From NCBI GenBank assembly GCA_964016885.1, contig OZ024743.1, positions 148,428,001 to 148,492,000 of the forward strand: DNA of 64,000 nt. The letters run 5' to 3'. The notes under the pieces are model-generated. The model was not told the origin of the DNA. It saw nothing but the letters and a program-made list of their open reading frames with translations, and did not search any database. Of the stretch, positions 32,833-46,037 are shown piece after piece. Origin of the DNA: Eledone cirrhosa (Eukaryota). Both the position numbers and the translations under genes were made by a program. The stretch's first letter is position 1, and each line of letters starts with the position of its first letter.

Positions 32833-33733
32833 ATTTATTAAAATAACAGATTTAAGTTTAAGCAAAGAATCGCTTGCTTTCACCCTTGACGGGATCTTCT
32901 GAAACTAAAAAAGTCAATCTGTGAACGCAGAAGTAAATATTTCAAAAAACCTTGCAACAGAAGGAATATTAGGTATATACGTTCGTATGCGTGCGGGAAC
33001 AGGCGTAGCGGGTGTTCTGTTTGTGCGTACGTGTTTTATTTAAACTAATTTTTTTTTTGTGTACGTGCATGTATTTGCATACCCATCGCGAATGTTTTCG
33101 CGTATACTTGTCTTTGTACGTATATGGCTGCATGTATGTATTTATTTAATTTCAATTACCTCTGTATTTTATTTACTTTATTCTTAACTCTGAAGCCGAG
33201 AATCACTCGGCTTCCTAAATAGAATTTTAGTCTACGACTTCAGTTATACCATTTACGTGGTTTTGTCTTTGCGTGTAATTGTTCTCTTTGCTCCACATAA
33301 TGACGTATTATCTTCGTTTTTTTCGTTCATTGCCAGAGAACGTCTCCATGAACCACCTAATAGAATATTAGTCTACGACTTCATTTATACCATAAACGTG
33401 GTTTTGTCTTTGCGTGTAATTGTTTTCACCGGACCAAATAATGCCGTATTATCTTCGTTTTATTCCGTTCTTTGCCAGGGAACGTTTCCACGAACGAAAG
33501 TATCGTCTTCCTGTCTTCCTTCGGTTGCAACGTTTTTTGAAATATTTACTTCTGCGTTCACAGATTGACTTTTTTAGTTTCAGAAGATCCCGTCAAAGGT
33601 GAAAGCAGCGATTCTTTGCTTAAACTTTAATCTGTTATTTTAATAAATATTTGCTCTACGGTTCTTATATATCTGACATATATTTATCCTTATCGAGCCC
33701 TCTTTGGATTTTAGTCTTCAAATTTATTACTAT

Positions 33734-33740
<7 letters not shown>
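32833..33740. mobile_element. Foldback element with about 135-bp inverted arms (32833-32966 / 33516-33650), each holding an HHR-like fold; internal 139-bp tandem duplication
   Basis: Arms are reverse complements; AATAGAAT.TTAGTCTACGACTTCA repeated near 33218 and 33359. Confidence 0.8.
33576..33626 (+). ncRNA. Hammerhead-like ribozyme with variant CAGAAGA core
   Basis: AGTTT-CAGAAGA-TCCCGTCAAAGGT-GAAA-GCA..TGC-TT-AAACT; all three stems can form; inverted copy at 32855-32906. Confidence 0.6.
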
Positions 33741-33769
<29 letters not shown>

Positions 33770-33774
33770 TGTAT

Positions 33775-35125
33775 ATATGGTCAAAGAATAATTGTTCCAC
33801 ATCACAGCACACAGGTTGATAGTGTGAAACTCTTTACCCCCACTCCTTCTCCTCTCTACTATCATACTAACTGACTGTATTTCATTCTGTTTTTCATTCT
33901 ATTTTTAACTTATTTACATTTTCTTAAATAAAATCCCATTGCCGAACTCTACCGCATAGTGAATAGTTGAATTCCACTATTATAGGTTTTCAGGTGCAGT
34001 TTAATAAATAATTAAGTATTGCATATGATTGAACAATCTATATTGTAGTCAGCATATGTAGACAATTTATATAATAGACACTAAAACATATGTTAAACTA
34101 AATAAATTCCTAATCTCTTCACGCCGACGTTATTTTTTCCTTGGTGCAATACTTGCTTATATTAATGTACTCCGTGATATGCCCCTCTAAATCTGACACA
34201 GGACGCATAAGTAAGCACATTCTAGATAGGGTACTAATACAAATAAAAAACAGCCTGTCTTTGAAACTCTGGAGCAATACTGGAGACGCAATCAACCTGT
34301 TCACTAATTTAGAGGATAAATCAACTTATAATTTCATTCAATGACATAGATGACTATTATTCATCTATTCCTCAAGTCCTTCTTAATAAATCCCTTATAC
34401 TCGCGATGTGTAATTCCAACTTAACTAGAAATGAAGTCGATATAATTCTAACTGCTAGACGTCCCATTATAATGTTTAACAACGAATACTGGACATGTAA
34501 AGATAGACAAAATGACTTTGATATAATTATGGGTTCGAGTGACTCGGACGAAGTTAAGGATCTTGTAGGAACATATCTCATGCAGAAAGGCCACCTCAAG
34601 GAGTTGCTATCCCCCCTCTCCGCTCAGGCAGGGCGCCGCCTTCTGAGTGCAATTGTGGCACTTACCAATAGGCTTATCCATGGCGCCCTGGACTCTTACG
34701 TCCGAGGCCTCTTTTTTTCGGCTAGCCTTACCGCTCTCACCAAATGGTTAAAGAATAATTGTTCCACATCACAACACACAGGTTGATAGTGTTAAACTCT
34801 TTACCCCCACTGCCTCTCCTCTCTACTATCACACTAACTGACAGTATTAGTATTTCATTCTGTGTTTCATTCTATCCTCAACTTATTTACAGTTTCTTAA
34901 ACAAATACCCCATTGCTGAACTCTACCGCGTAGTGAATAGTTGAATTCCACTATTAAAAGTTTCTGATGAATGTAATAAATAATTAAGTATTGCATTTCA
35001 TTAAACAATATATATTCTAGTCAGCATATGTAGACAATGTATAATAGACACAGAAACATATGTTAAACTAAATAAATTCCTAATCTCTTCACACCGACGT
35101 TTTATTTTTCTTGGTGCAATACTTA

Positions 35126-35130
<5 letters not shown>
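33775..35130 (+). mobile_element. Internally deleted Penelope-like element: about 390-bp direct repeats (33775-34162, 34744-35130) around an RT fragment and a CRE-like insert
   Basis: ICPSKSDTGRISKHILDR and FDIIMGSSDSDEVKDLVGTYL are PLE RT motifs; the repeats carry an HHR. Confidence 0.8.
34959..35069 (+). ncRNA. Type I hammerhead in PLE pseudo-LTR (long stem II loop, partly decayed)
   Basis: AGTTT-CTGATGA...GAAAC-ATAT-GTT-AAACT; the two-copy consensus gives stem II AGTGT/ACACT. Confidence 0.65.
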
Positions 35131-35168
<38 letters not shown>

Positions 35169-35172
<4 letters not shown>

Positions 35173-36083
35173 AGAAAAAATGAAACGAATTTCATTTCTC
35201 ACTCTTAGTACGGCTGTTACTTAAATATAAGTATGTATACGTACATACATATATGTATACAGACGTACAGTAGTATGTATATATACATACATGCACACAT
35301 ATATATATGTACGTATGGATTCACCGAACATTTATTATAATGCTCGGTGTGTTTGTAAACAAACATCCCGAATTAAGCCGTACAGTGTCTAGCAACCATC
35401 GTTGCTCATTTGTTCAACACTGACATAGGAACGCTGTACTAGTTTCAAGCTTATTAGCTATCTTCAGCAACGTATACCTTCCTGCCAGATGATTGAACGT
35501 CTGAAAGTATATACTTTCCTTATGCATATTAACGGCTGAGCAGCCCAATTGGCATATCGAGTGAGTTAATCGGCCGGGGTACCGAAAACGATAAACAGAA
35601 AAAATGAAACGAATTTCATTTCTCACTCTTAGTACGGCTGTTACTTAAATATAAGTATGTATACGTACATACATATATGTATACAGACGTACAGTAGTAT
35701 GTATATATATATATATACATACATGCACACATATATATATGTACGTATGGATTCACCGAACATTTATTATAATGCTCGGTGTGTTTGTAAACAAACATCC
35801 CGAATTAAGCCGTACAGTGTCTAGCAATCATCGTTGTTCATTTGTTCAACACCGACAAAGGAAGATAGCTAATAAGCTTGAAACTAGTACAGCGTTCCTT
35901 TGTCAGTGTTGAACAAATGAGCAACGATGGTTGCTAGACACTGTACGGCTTAATTCGGGATGTTTGTTTACAAACACACCGAGCATTATAATAAATGTTC
36001 GGTGAATCCATACGTACATATATATATATATATGTGTGTGCATGTATGTATATATATGTACATACTACACTACGTCTGTATAC
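35169..36083 (-). mobile_element. Candidate non-LTR retrozyme, locus 2: about 1.6 tandem 424-bp units plus an inverted partial copy (35861-36083)
   Basis: AAACAGAAAAAATGAAACGAATTTC at 35169 and 35593; inversion at about 35861. Confidence 0.85.
35432..35472 (-). ncRNA. Minimal type I hammerhead ribozyme
   Basis: Minus strand CGTTG-CTGAAGA-T-AGCT-AATA-AGCT-T-GAAAC-TA-GTA-CAGCG; all stems intact. Confidence 0.9.
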
Positions 36084-36361
36084 AGCAAAGCTGGACTCGA
36101 AAGTCATCTTCGCAGTCATAAAGTAAGACCAGTGGTTGACTACCAGGCTGCTGTTGGAGATGCTACTCATCATGCTTGCCAAACATGTGGTAGAGAATGT
36201 AAATCAGCAGGAGGACTCAAGCGACATGCAAAAGTACACGAACTCCAACCACAGCCGACTATTCCCAGTAAATGTTTTGGTTGCCGACTCTGTGCAAGAC
36301 ATTTTGGATCATTGGCTGGGCTAAAAAGCCACATTCGATCGCAGCACTGTTAGTTGCTATC

Positions 36362-36393
<32 letters not shown>

Positions 36394-36478
36394 GGATATG
36401 CTTGTGTGCGTGCGTGTGTGTGTATATATATATGAATATGTATATTATTATTGTTGTTGTCGTTATTATTATTATTGC

Positions 36479-36539
<61 letters not shown>

Positions 36540-36594
36540 TTTTTTTTTTTTTTTTTTTTATTGTGCAATGGCCATACTCGATAACGAGGCGGCA

Positions 36595-36600
<6 letters not shown>
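36084..36600 (+). mobile_element. 3' end of an RTE-like LINE with C-terminal C2H2 zinc fingers
   Basis: CQTCGRECKSAGGLKRHAKVH and [22 protein letters not shown], then a microsatellite 3' UTR and a CTCG-ATAA-CGAG stem-loop tail shared with 62285-62318. Confidence 0.75.
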
Positions 36601-36641
<41 letters not shown>

Positions 36642-37690
36642 GTATATAATGTACATATGTATGTATGTGTGTGTGTCACAATTCCTTATTTCACTATGAT
36701 TTATTTAGAAAATTGTACATTTAAATCTATATGTCTACTAACGTATCCAAACTTTCACAGTCTCATTTTCAGAATGAGACTAACTGTAGGATAATGGGAA
36801 TGCTAGTTAAATTTTTAATGTAGGTTTTAAAAATATGAGTAAATGATAAAGGTCTGGTACAAAGTTTTACGTAATTCTAAAATGTTAGTGACTTTAATAG
36901 ACATAGATTTACGAGTTCTGTTGTTCTAAACCAAATATAAATAACAACTAAGGGAATATAAGAAATCGTTGACATAAAATATCAAAGTTAAAAACGGGCG
37001 TTTTTTAGAATGTGTATTTGAAGTAGTTGCTGCACCGAAAGGACGTTATGTCACTCATAAACAATATGTCCCACAGCTTAATATGAATGGCATGTACCAT
37101 ACTTTAAAACAAATAAATAAAATGTAAGGGTTGGCGTCTTAAAAAGCAGTCGGCCGCTTAAAAGCGTTACCTAAAAAAATGTCTCTCTCAAACCATGCCA
37201 TAATGGAAAATAGTCAAGAAAACGATGACGGTACATACATCCCCCCCCCCACACACACACACACATACACATATATATACATACATCATCATCATCATTG
37301 TCGTTTTAACGTCCACTTTCCCTGCTAGCAAGGGTTTGACAGATCCATTTAGGCCAAGTCAGTACTGAAACGGAGCCACTGATATCACTGACAGGCCAGG
37401 GAACTGTGCAATTATGTACGGTCTCGTGTTCCATCAAGTGCTAAGGTGAGATTGTCATGCTGTCGACACAACCGAGGGTCATCCTAACGTTTGTTTGGCA
37501 AGATATCTACAGCTGGATGCTCTTCCTATCCCCAACCACTTTATAGCGTGTACTGTGTGTTTATTGTGTATATCACCAATAGGGAGATTGTCATCCCGAC
37601 GCTTTAACTGGCAAGCCTTCTACGACTAGATGCCCTACCAATAACCACTTTACAGTGTGTACTTGATGCGTTTATATATATACATACATT

Positions 37691-37766
<76 letters not shown>

Positions 37767-37907
37767 GGCGCGTGATTGAGTAGTTAGAGAATATATATGT
37801 ATATATATTTATATACATATATATATATAATTAATTAAGATTCTTGAAGAAACAGGGAGTTGTGTGGTTACTTGATAAAGTGCATTTAATATCTATTTTT
37901 TCATTTC

Positions 37908-38221
37908 ATTTTCATTTTACGTCCGCCTTTTCCCTGCTTGCAAGGCTGGGACGGGAACTGATTCTGGCTTGATTTCTACAGCTGGATGCCCTTCCTAACA
38001 CCAACCTCATTTGCAATGAGTGCTGGGCGCTTTTTTGCCATGGCACCTCCACGACCACTTTGCAATGGAATGATATGGACCCAGTCCTATCATCTCATTT
38101 CTACAGCTGAATAAACTGGAGCAATGTGAAATAAAGTGTCTTGCTCAAGGAAACAACACATCACCCGGTCTGATAATTGAACTCACAACCTTTCGATTGC
38201 AAGGCCAATGCTCTAACCACT
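37908..38221 (-). mobile_element. tRNA-derived SINE, same family as 3136-3469
   Basis: High similarity over about 310 bp. Confidence 0.85.
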
Positions 38222-38284
38222 ATATAAAGTAAACAAGACTGTAATGTAATTTGAAAGTAGCTTATGGAAACGTAATAATACACC

Positions 38285-39500
38285 AAATAACATTGATATC
38301 ACAATGGGATTGAGTGATTCAGCCCAAGTCACGGATCTTGTTGGACTATATTTATTGAGAAAAATTAGCATGAATATCCCATACTTAAAGGGTGATTTTT
38401 ACCGAGATGAGGCTATCTTCACTTTAAAGGTTATAACCTAGGTATAACTGTGGACGTAAATACTAAAATTGTCAATTTCCTAGACGTAACTCTAAATCTC
38501 CAAACAGGAACCTACAGACCATACCATAAACCAGTTGAGTAATTCTGCTACGTCAATAAGAAACAACCCAAAACAATACTTAACTCAATCGTTAAAGATA
38601 TTTCTAATAGGATTAGCACTTTATCTTGTAACGAAACTGTCTTTAACTAAAATGCACCATATTATAATGAAGATCGGGCTACACTAATAAAATTAGATAT
38701 GTAAATGGTAGTGTGAATGAGGGTGGGCCAAATAATATGATATCATATAATATGGCAATGAAACAACCTGGATTGAAACATCATAATAATGATCTACATA
38801 ACCATTCACTTGATACGGTTACACAAACACAAATCTCCAAAAATATAGATAATAAAACTTATTAGGAACAATAATATAAATATACATATACCCACACTTT
38901 TTAACACCCGCATAAAACATACAACCCAGAATAATATTAACACTAAATATAAACCACCTGAAATCACAGATAGATCTACACGCAGAATTAAATCAATGTG
39001 ATAATATAAACATAAGCCAAGATAAAAAAGAAATCCGCAGGCGGTTAAACACATTTTTTAACCCATCATTTAGTTTAAATAGTTCTAATAACATACCTAA
39101 GCTCTTCTTCTCTATAATATATAGGAACTTCCCACATGTGCATAGATACCATAAATTAACCATCATTCTCAACTACACCTAATATAACCATGCAATTAGT
39201 TTATAGAAAACAAAACCTCAACTAACACCATATTTCCCGAACTACTTTATTGTTTTAACTATATTTGTAACTGTGATTTATTTATATTTTGATAAGTAAT
39301 ATATTATGTTTTTTTTAGTTTGTTTTTTTCATGAGTGATTTGTATTGGTATTTTTATTAAACTCTGATGATACCCATAGTATATGCTCACTGATGGTAAA
39401 TTGAATAATTTGCTATAGGTGGTATATTACCATGGGAAGAAACAATTGTCAGTAATTGAATGCTTTTAATTTTTAATTTTTGGTTTGTGAGCAGATTGTA
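38285..39500 (+). mobile_element. Decayed Penelope-like element (RT core and thumb, linker, 3' HHR)
   Basis: IDITMGLSDSAQVTDLVGLYL, FYRDE, VNFLDVTLNLQTGTYRPYHKP, ISNRISTLSCN and FNPSFS; stops present. Confidence 0.88.
39361..39453 (+). ncRNA. Type I hammerhead ribozyme at PLE 3' end
   Basis: ACT-CTGATGA-TACCCAT...ATGGGAA-GAAAC-AATT-GTC-AGT; canonical core, palindromic stem III, short stem I. Confidence 0.75.
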
Positions 39501-40071
39501 ACTATATATGAATATATATATATATATAGACACACACATATATATATGTATGTGTGTGTGTGGGTGTGTGTGTGTGTGTGTGTGTGTGTAAGTATGTATA
39601 CAATAATTTCTACCACTGTGCTTTGACAAAATCTATTTAATATTTTTTATATGTTTAGCAATCACTGAGCCAAATACTAATCTAGATATCTCATCTCATG
39701 TCTTCTTTTTCTTCCTCCTCCTCCTCCTCCTTCTCCTTTTTCTTCTCCTCCTTCTTCTCCTTCTCCTTCATCTTTCCTATCATTCTAACCCTCCCGACTA
39801 TCTTTTCTATTTTTCTCATCTATCATTGTGAATGTTGTTGCTGCTGTTGTTGTGTCTTATTCGTGTGGTTGTTGATATTGTTGTTTCATTCTTGCCTGAT
39901 TAAGGTTTGATAAAGGATGCTCTTGTTATTATTGTTATTCTTATTGATATTGTTGTTGGTGGTGAGTTGACTCTTTCTAGATTAAATTTGTCCATGGCTT
40001 TTTCTGTTGTGACTTTCTTTCATAATTTATTATTTTCTTTGTCTGTCTGTTTATCCATCCATCCATCTATG

Positions 40072-40118
<47 letters not shown>

Positions 40119-41495
40119 GTATGTTAGTGTGTGTGCGAATTTATGTGCATATATTTTTTCATATGTATGTGCAGACATAGCTGTGAGATAAAGAAGTCCA
40201 CTTTGCAACCATGTAGTTTGGTGCTCAGTCACCCTGATTGGTACCTTGAATATATGTCTGCTACTATAGCCTTGGGTTGATCAATGTCATGTGAGTGAAT
40301 CACATCCTTTTCTTTTTTTTTATTTATCTAGGACTACATCGTCTATCTTTATCTATCATCATGACACTTGCTGTATGTTGATATGTTGAGTCCATTGATC
40401 AAGGACTAACATAATTGGCCTATATATATATTTTATATACATTGTTATCGTGTTTATTTTTACTATTTATTTTGATGGCAAACTTTATAAAGTTGCAAGA
40501 GTCAAATTGTTCTGTATTTGGTTTTAGGTCCTGCTCATTAAGAATCAATCTTAAATTAAGAATTTTTTTCTCTCTTATACTAATTTTCCTTGAAATAGAA
40601 TAAATCCATTCCGATTAACAAAAGCTTAATTATTTTGATTGTATTTCTTCTGTAATGAAACACTTTGAAACAAAGGATGTCGACCACTCTACTTCACACC
40701 ATGCACCCATTCACCAAATACTGTATGCATAAATATACATAAGCTATCCAACATACATTCAACACATTGTTAACACACAATATACAAACATACACACACA
40801 CACATTTATTCATTTGTTTACTATTCCTCTTTCATGCACATTATACACACATAACCACATAAATTCATCACATACACATATATAGTAAAGACTTCACAAA
40901 TGCTTAAATTTATGGTAGCAATATCACTACTAATGCTACCTCCATGTAAACACACTTGCGTACACATTTCAGCACATACACACAAACACACTTCAAGCTG
41001 TATACACACACACACACTTCATACAAACACACTTCAACAGGACAGACACATACACACACACATACATACAGGTGGACACTAAAGGCATATATACACATAA
41101 GAAGACAGATAGATATCAATACCTCACTACCACTATGACAACTATTACTACAAAATCAATCTAAATTTAATTATGTATATATCCAAAACATCAAAAATAC
41201 ATATATGAAATACTCATTAAAACTTGTACACACAATTTGATTATAAGAGAGGCACTCCACCAACACACATCATCTATCCACACACTTACCCATACACATC
41301 AACCATATCACAAATATGCATACACGTACATATTTATATACTTAACAATCAAGCACATATGTAATAATATGAAATTATATTACACTATTATTCACTTCAG
41401 CCTGATACTCCATTACTACCACTTACTAACCTATGATTTATATACATAGAAATACATATGTATGCACACACACACCTATATGGGTATAAATACGC

Positions 41496-41546
<51 letters not shown>

Positions 41547-42542
41547 TACATACACACACATGAATATATATATAAACATATAAATATATTTAGATTGATA
41601 GATAGATAGATAGATAGATAGGTAGGTGGATGTGGATGTACATGCTCATATGTAAACATTTATATACACATGCATACACAACTACAAAGACACACATATA
41701 TACAGACTCACTGCCAAGCCATTAAGCATATGTTAATCAAGGTACACCAGTATCTTCTCAAAATAACTCAATATCAAAAGCTTATAACACTAAGTGGAAA
41801 GTGTGTGAGGGAGTTACACAAATGCATTAGCTTGGGGTGCGTAGTCTCTGTCAAAAAACACACAAACACATACAGAAACGTTGATACTTTTAAAACAACT
41901 CCTTTATCAAGAGTGGACTTATTATACAGACTTGGTGATTAAAGACCTCTTATCTTATTATCTGCTGAAGTCATATAAAATTAATAATATAAAATACGAT
42001 TTTCTGTGTGTAAGCAAAATCTGTTTCTCTAATTATGTATTTAATTTTTCCGACTAAATAACTAATTACATATATGTATTGATGTATATGTAAATATATA
42101 TATGTAAACATATATATATATATATATATATATAATTATTTTTACGACAAATTTCTATGTTAGCATGGGCTCGACAAGACATTTTGAGATATTATTCAAT
42201 GGTTAGATGGGTCCAATGCAAAATGGTGACTCAGAAATAAACAAATACACACGTGCTCAACATCACCATACTTTTATATTTGCTTCTCTATGCTGCATTG
42301 GGTCAGACATGTCATTACAGATTAAGTCAGTACTTAACTGGATCTATGATGTCCATGGTGTCCATATGATGAGCTTCTTTAAAGTTTCTGACTAGTTACT
42401 TCTCTCACAGGTTATTGGACAGGAGCTATAGCAGAAGGCACTTGTCTAATCTGCTAAACATTTGGACTGCATTTAAAACTACATAATTCTAAATTGAAAT
42501 TCTTAACTACTATGATATGCCTATACACACATGCATATATAT

Positions 42543-43195
42543 ATCATCATTGTTTTACATCCATCTTCCACGGTAGCATGGGTTGGATGGGTTTGTCGCA
42601 CTTGAAGCAAGATTGGTTGGGTGACCATGTCTTGTTCATATAGAACTCTTTCTGGCAGATTTTCTATGGCTGGATGCCCTTCCTAACGCCAAGCACATGA
42701 CCTACACGACCACTTTACAGTGTGGACTGGGTACTTTTTGTTGTGTCACTTACACAACTCTTTACAGTGTGCATTGAATGTTCTGTGGTACCAACAAAAC
42801 TTTACAGAGAAAGGGTGTTGTGGACAAAAGTGGGAGGATGTAGTAGGAGGTGTGGGGTTAGGTTTATATTGGGTTAAGAGGTGCCTACTGACTGTAGGTT
42901 TAAGTTCGTACATAAGGGAAGTCAGGTCATCTGTATAACTGCATAGCACCAAAGATCTCGATCCAGTGACATTGTCTTAGAGAAGTGTAAGTGAGCAAGA
43001 TCAGTTTTTATCACCTCGTCCCAGGTTTTTCCAGGTCTACCCACCCCATAGCTTCCATCAATTTTGATCAAACTGCATTCTTTTATACAGCTGTCCGTCA
43101 TACGCATCACATGTCCATACCAACGCAATCTCCTCTCTTGCACACAACATTTGGTACCTCTTATGCATAGTCTCACTCTCTCAATTCGTTTATGC
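42543..43195 (-). mobile_element. 5'-truncated RTE LINE 3' end with 3' UTR and (ATG)n tail
   Basis: VQERRLRWYGHVMRM...GRPGKTWDEVIKTDL...DRDLW then stop. Confidence 0.88.
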
Positions 43196-43215
43196 TTTGC
43201 TGTTTACACACACAC

Positions 43216-43341
<126 letters not shown>

Positions 43342-43731
43342 GATATAGTTTAATATTCTACTTGGTTATCAATAATAACATGCTAACAAAAGCATACATA
43401 TAGTAGGTGAAAGAGAGTTGGACAAACAAGACAAAGTTGTCTATTGCAACATTTCATTCAAGAAGAAAAAAAATGAAATAGAATTCAGTTCAGTATAGTA
43501 AATTTAGATAGCATAAAATATAGAGTAAAATATGATTTTAAAATGAAATTAAAAATGTTATAAATAAACAGATTTAAGAAAGTGAAAAAAATAAAAGAAA
43601 TTATGAATTAATAAAAAAAATGTGTTTAATAAACAAAACGAATTAAAAAAGAATTAATAGAAAAGAAATTGATGGCAGGAAATGAAAAAAAAAACCCCCA
43701 AAAGAAAAGGTAGGAGAAATGAAAAATTCAC

Positions 43732-43848
43732 CACATGACATGAGAAATTTATGCATTGCAATATTGCCAGAAGAGTTGAGAAGGACATCAAAATTGAAAA
43801 GCAGAGCTGTCTTTAACTTTGAAAGGTATACCCTTTGCAATTTGGGAA
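43732..43848 (-). CDS. Candidate 117-nt host exon (PKLQRVYLSKLKTALLFNFDVLLNSSGNIAMHKFLMSC); weak RGS-domain-like pattern
   Basis: TTCCAG acceptor, G/GTGAAT donor, open frame, phase-compatible with the 12570-12655 exon. Confidence 0.4.
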
Positions 43849-45444
43849 CTGGAATTTAACAAGAAAATATTTTATAGAAAAAAATGGATGGAGATGAAGG
43901 AGATGTTCCAACAGGTGACAACTGATGTTAGATATGTGGAATTATTTTGAAGTTGAAGAAATTCACATCACTGTCTGAAGATGTCACTGAGGTACAACAG
44001 TCTTCCATTGAGACCTAGTGTCACAGAAACAACTCTATACACTACAATCCATAGAAAAGATGCAATAGTAAATTGGTAGAGTCATTAGAGAATTAGGAAT
44101 TTTTTTGTTGTATTTATTTTTGCACTTTATGCTCCAGGTTCAAACCCCAAGACCATTAGTTTGGATTTGCTAAATAAAGTGCCATCAAGTATTGGGATTG
44201 ATTTCTCTTCTCTCTTGGAAGTGGCTATGAGATGTGACAACAAAAGAGGAATTTACACAACAGCTCCACCAATGCTTTCACTAAAACCCAAAGGACACAT
44301 CAAGAATAAAAGACAGAGTTGATGAATAAGAAGAATGACATCTAAGGGAATAGGCCAATATAGGATTAACATTTCCCTCAAATGCCAACCTACAAACGAA
44401 AAAAAGTTGGATTTTGAAAAATGTTGCCCTAGATAAACTATGTCTGAAAAAACAAAACATTATAGTGATGCTTAGATTTCCAATAACAATAACATGTCTG
44501 GTGTTGCAGTGATGGAGAATGTATTTGATGAATGATGGGATGAGGCCATTAGATTGTTGTGATGTTGGAACACCACTGATATAGTGTTTGTAAGCCAAAT
44601 GACTTGTAGGAAATTCAGCTCTCTTTACTTGCTCTACTAGAAATAGCTGCCCCATCATTCTCAGATTATTTTCTAATGTCTTTAAATTAAAAAGAAAGAT
44701 AATGTAATCTTACACAGTCAGGAATGCATGTCAGAGGGTTGGGTTAACGGGAGTTATGAGTGCAGGTTTACAGTGTTTTCTGAGTGTTCTGTTTGTGCAT
44801 TAAGGCCATAAATGCTCTTATTTACATAAAATATGTCAGAAAATAGAGTGGGTGATCATAGCAGGAACAGCTTTGATCAGAAGTCTGTTAGATGATGAAC
44901 AAATTGGAGCAAGACAATGACAATATCTACAACAGCAACAACAATAGAACACTAGTGTTCATGCTTACAGAAGTCAGTTGTTACAAATTTGCAATACCCA
45001 GTTTCAACTACATGAACTAGATCATTTGTGAGTTTAGTCATTTTCTTTATCAATACATCAAAATATCCCAGATAAGAAAAGCAAGCAGCCAAAATATACA
45101 TCATTGCTAGACACATGTATCTTTAAACCAATCATAATAACAGATGTCACCAGTAAATTGCCAATAGGTTTATTAATGCTACTCGGGCTGAGATAGTGGA
45201 AACAACAGTTGAAGTTATTATTACTTCATGGCTGAGAAAATGTGGTAATGTTTTGTGTGTTAGCATGCTGATGGAATAAGAAAAGGAATAAAGTTAGATT
45301 AAGATATATAAAGATGTATTGTATATGTGGTCTTAGACTAATTTTGAAGGAAGTAGCTAGCATAAACAAGAAATGATTCAAACCATGGCAACCTATTCAA
45401 GTCATGCCAGTATAGAAAAGTGGATGAAAAATTAAGATACCCAT

Positions 45445-45483
<39 letters not shown>

Positions 45484-45974
45484 GTGTGAGTGTATCATCA
45501 TCAGCATCAACATTTACCAGAGTTAGGGTACTCAGGTCATGATCGTAAGTCCATGAGGTTTTATTACGTGTGACATGTTATGTCTTTGAGCAAGACTTAT
45601 TTTATATTACCTTAGTCCATTCAGCAAGCAAAAATGAGAGGTATCTATAGCTGAATCTCCCTGAGAAATACCATAAGCGTACAGCATGCTCAATCAGTTG
45701 TATTTTAATTTCCTGAGCAGGCTGTTCCATTGTTTGAACAATTGGAACACTCACTGTCAAAATTAGCTGAGAACCATCACATACATGGTAGCATGGATGA
45801 ATGTATGTTAAATGATGATGATGATATATGAAAAGTAAAACTTGAAACCATAGTGAAATGCATAACATTTCTGACTCTCGACTACCAATTGAGTCCTTTC
45901 ATCTGAAAATGTTTGTTTTTCGTTATTTAAAACTTAACCCTGACATTAATATGTATAATATGATATGCCTACAT

Positions 45975-46037
<63 letters not shown>

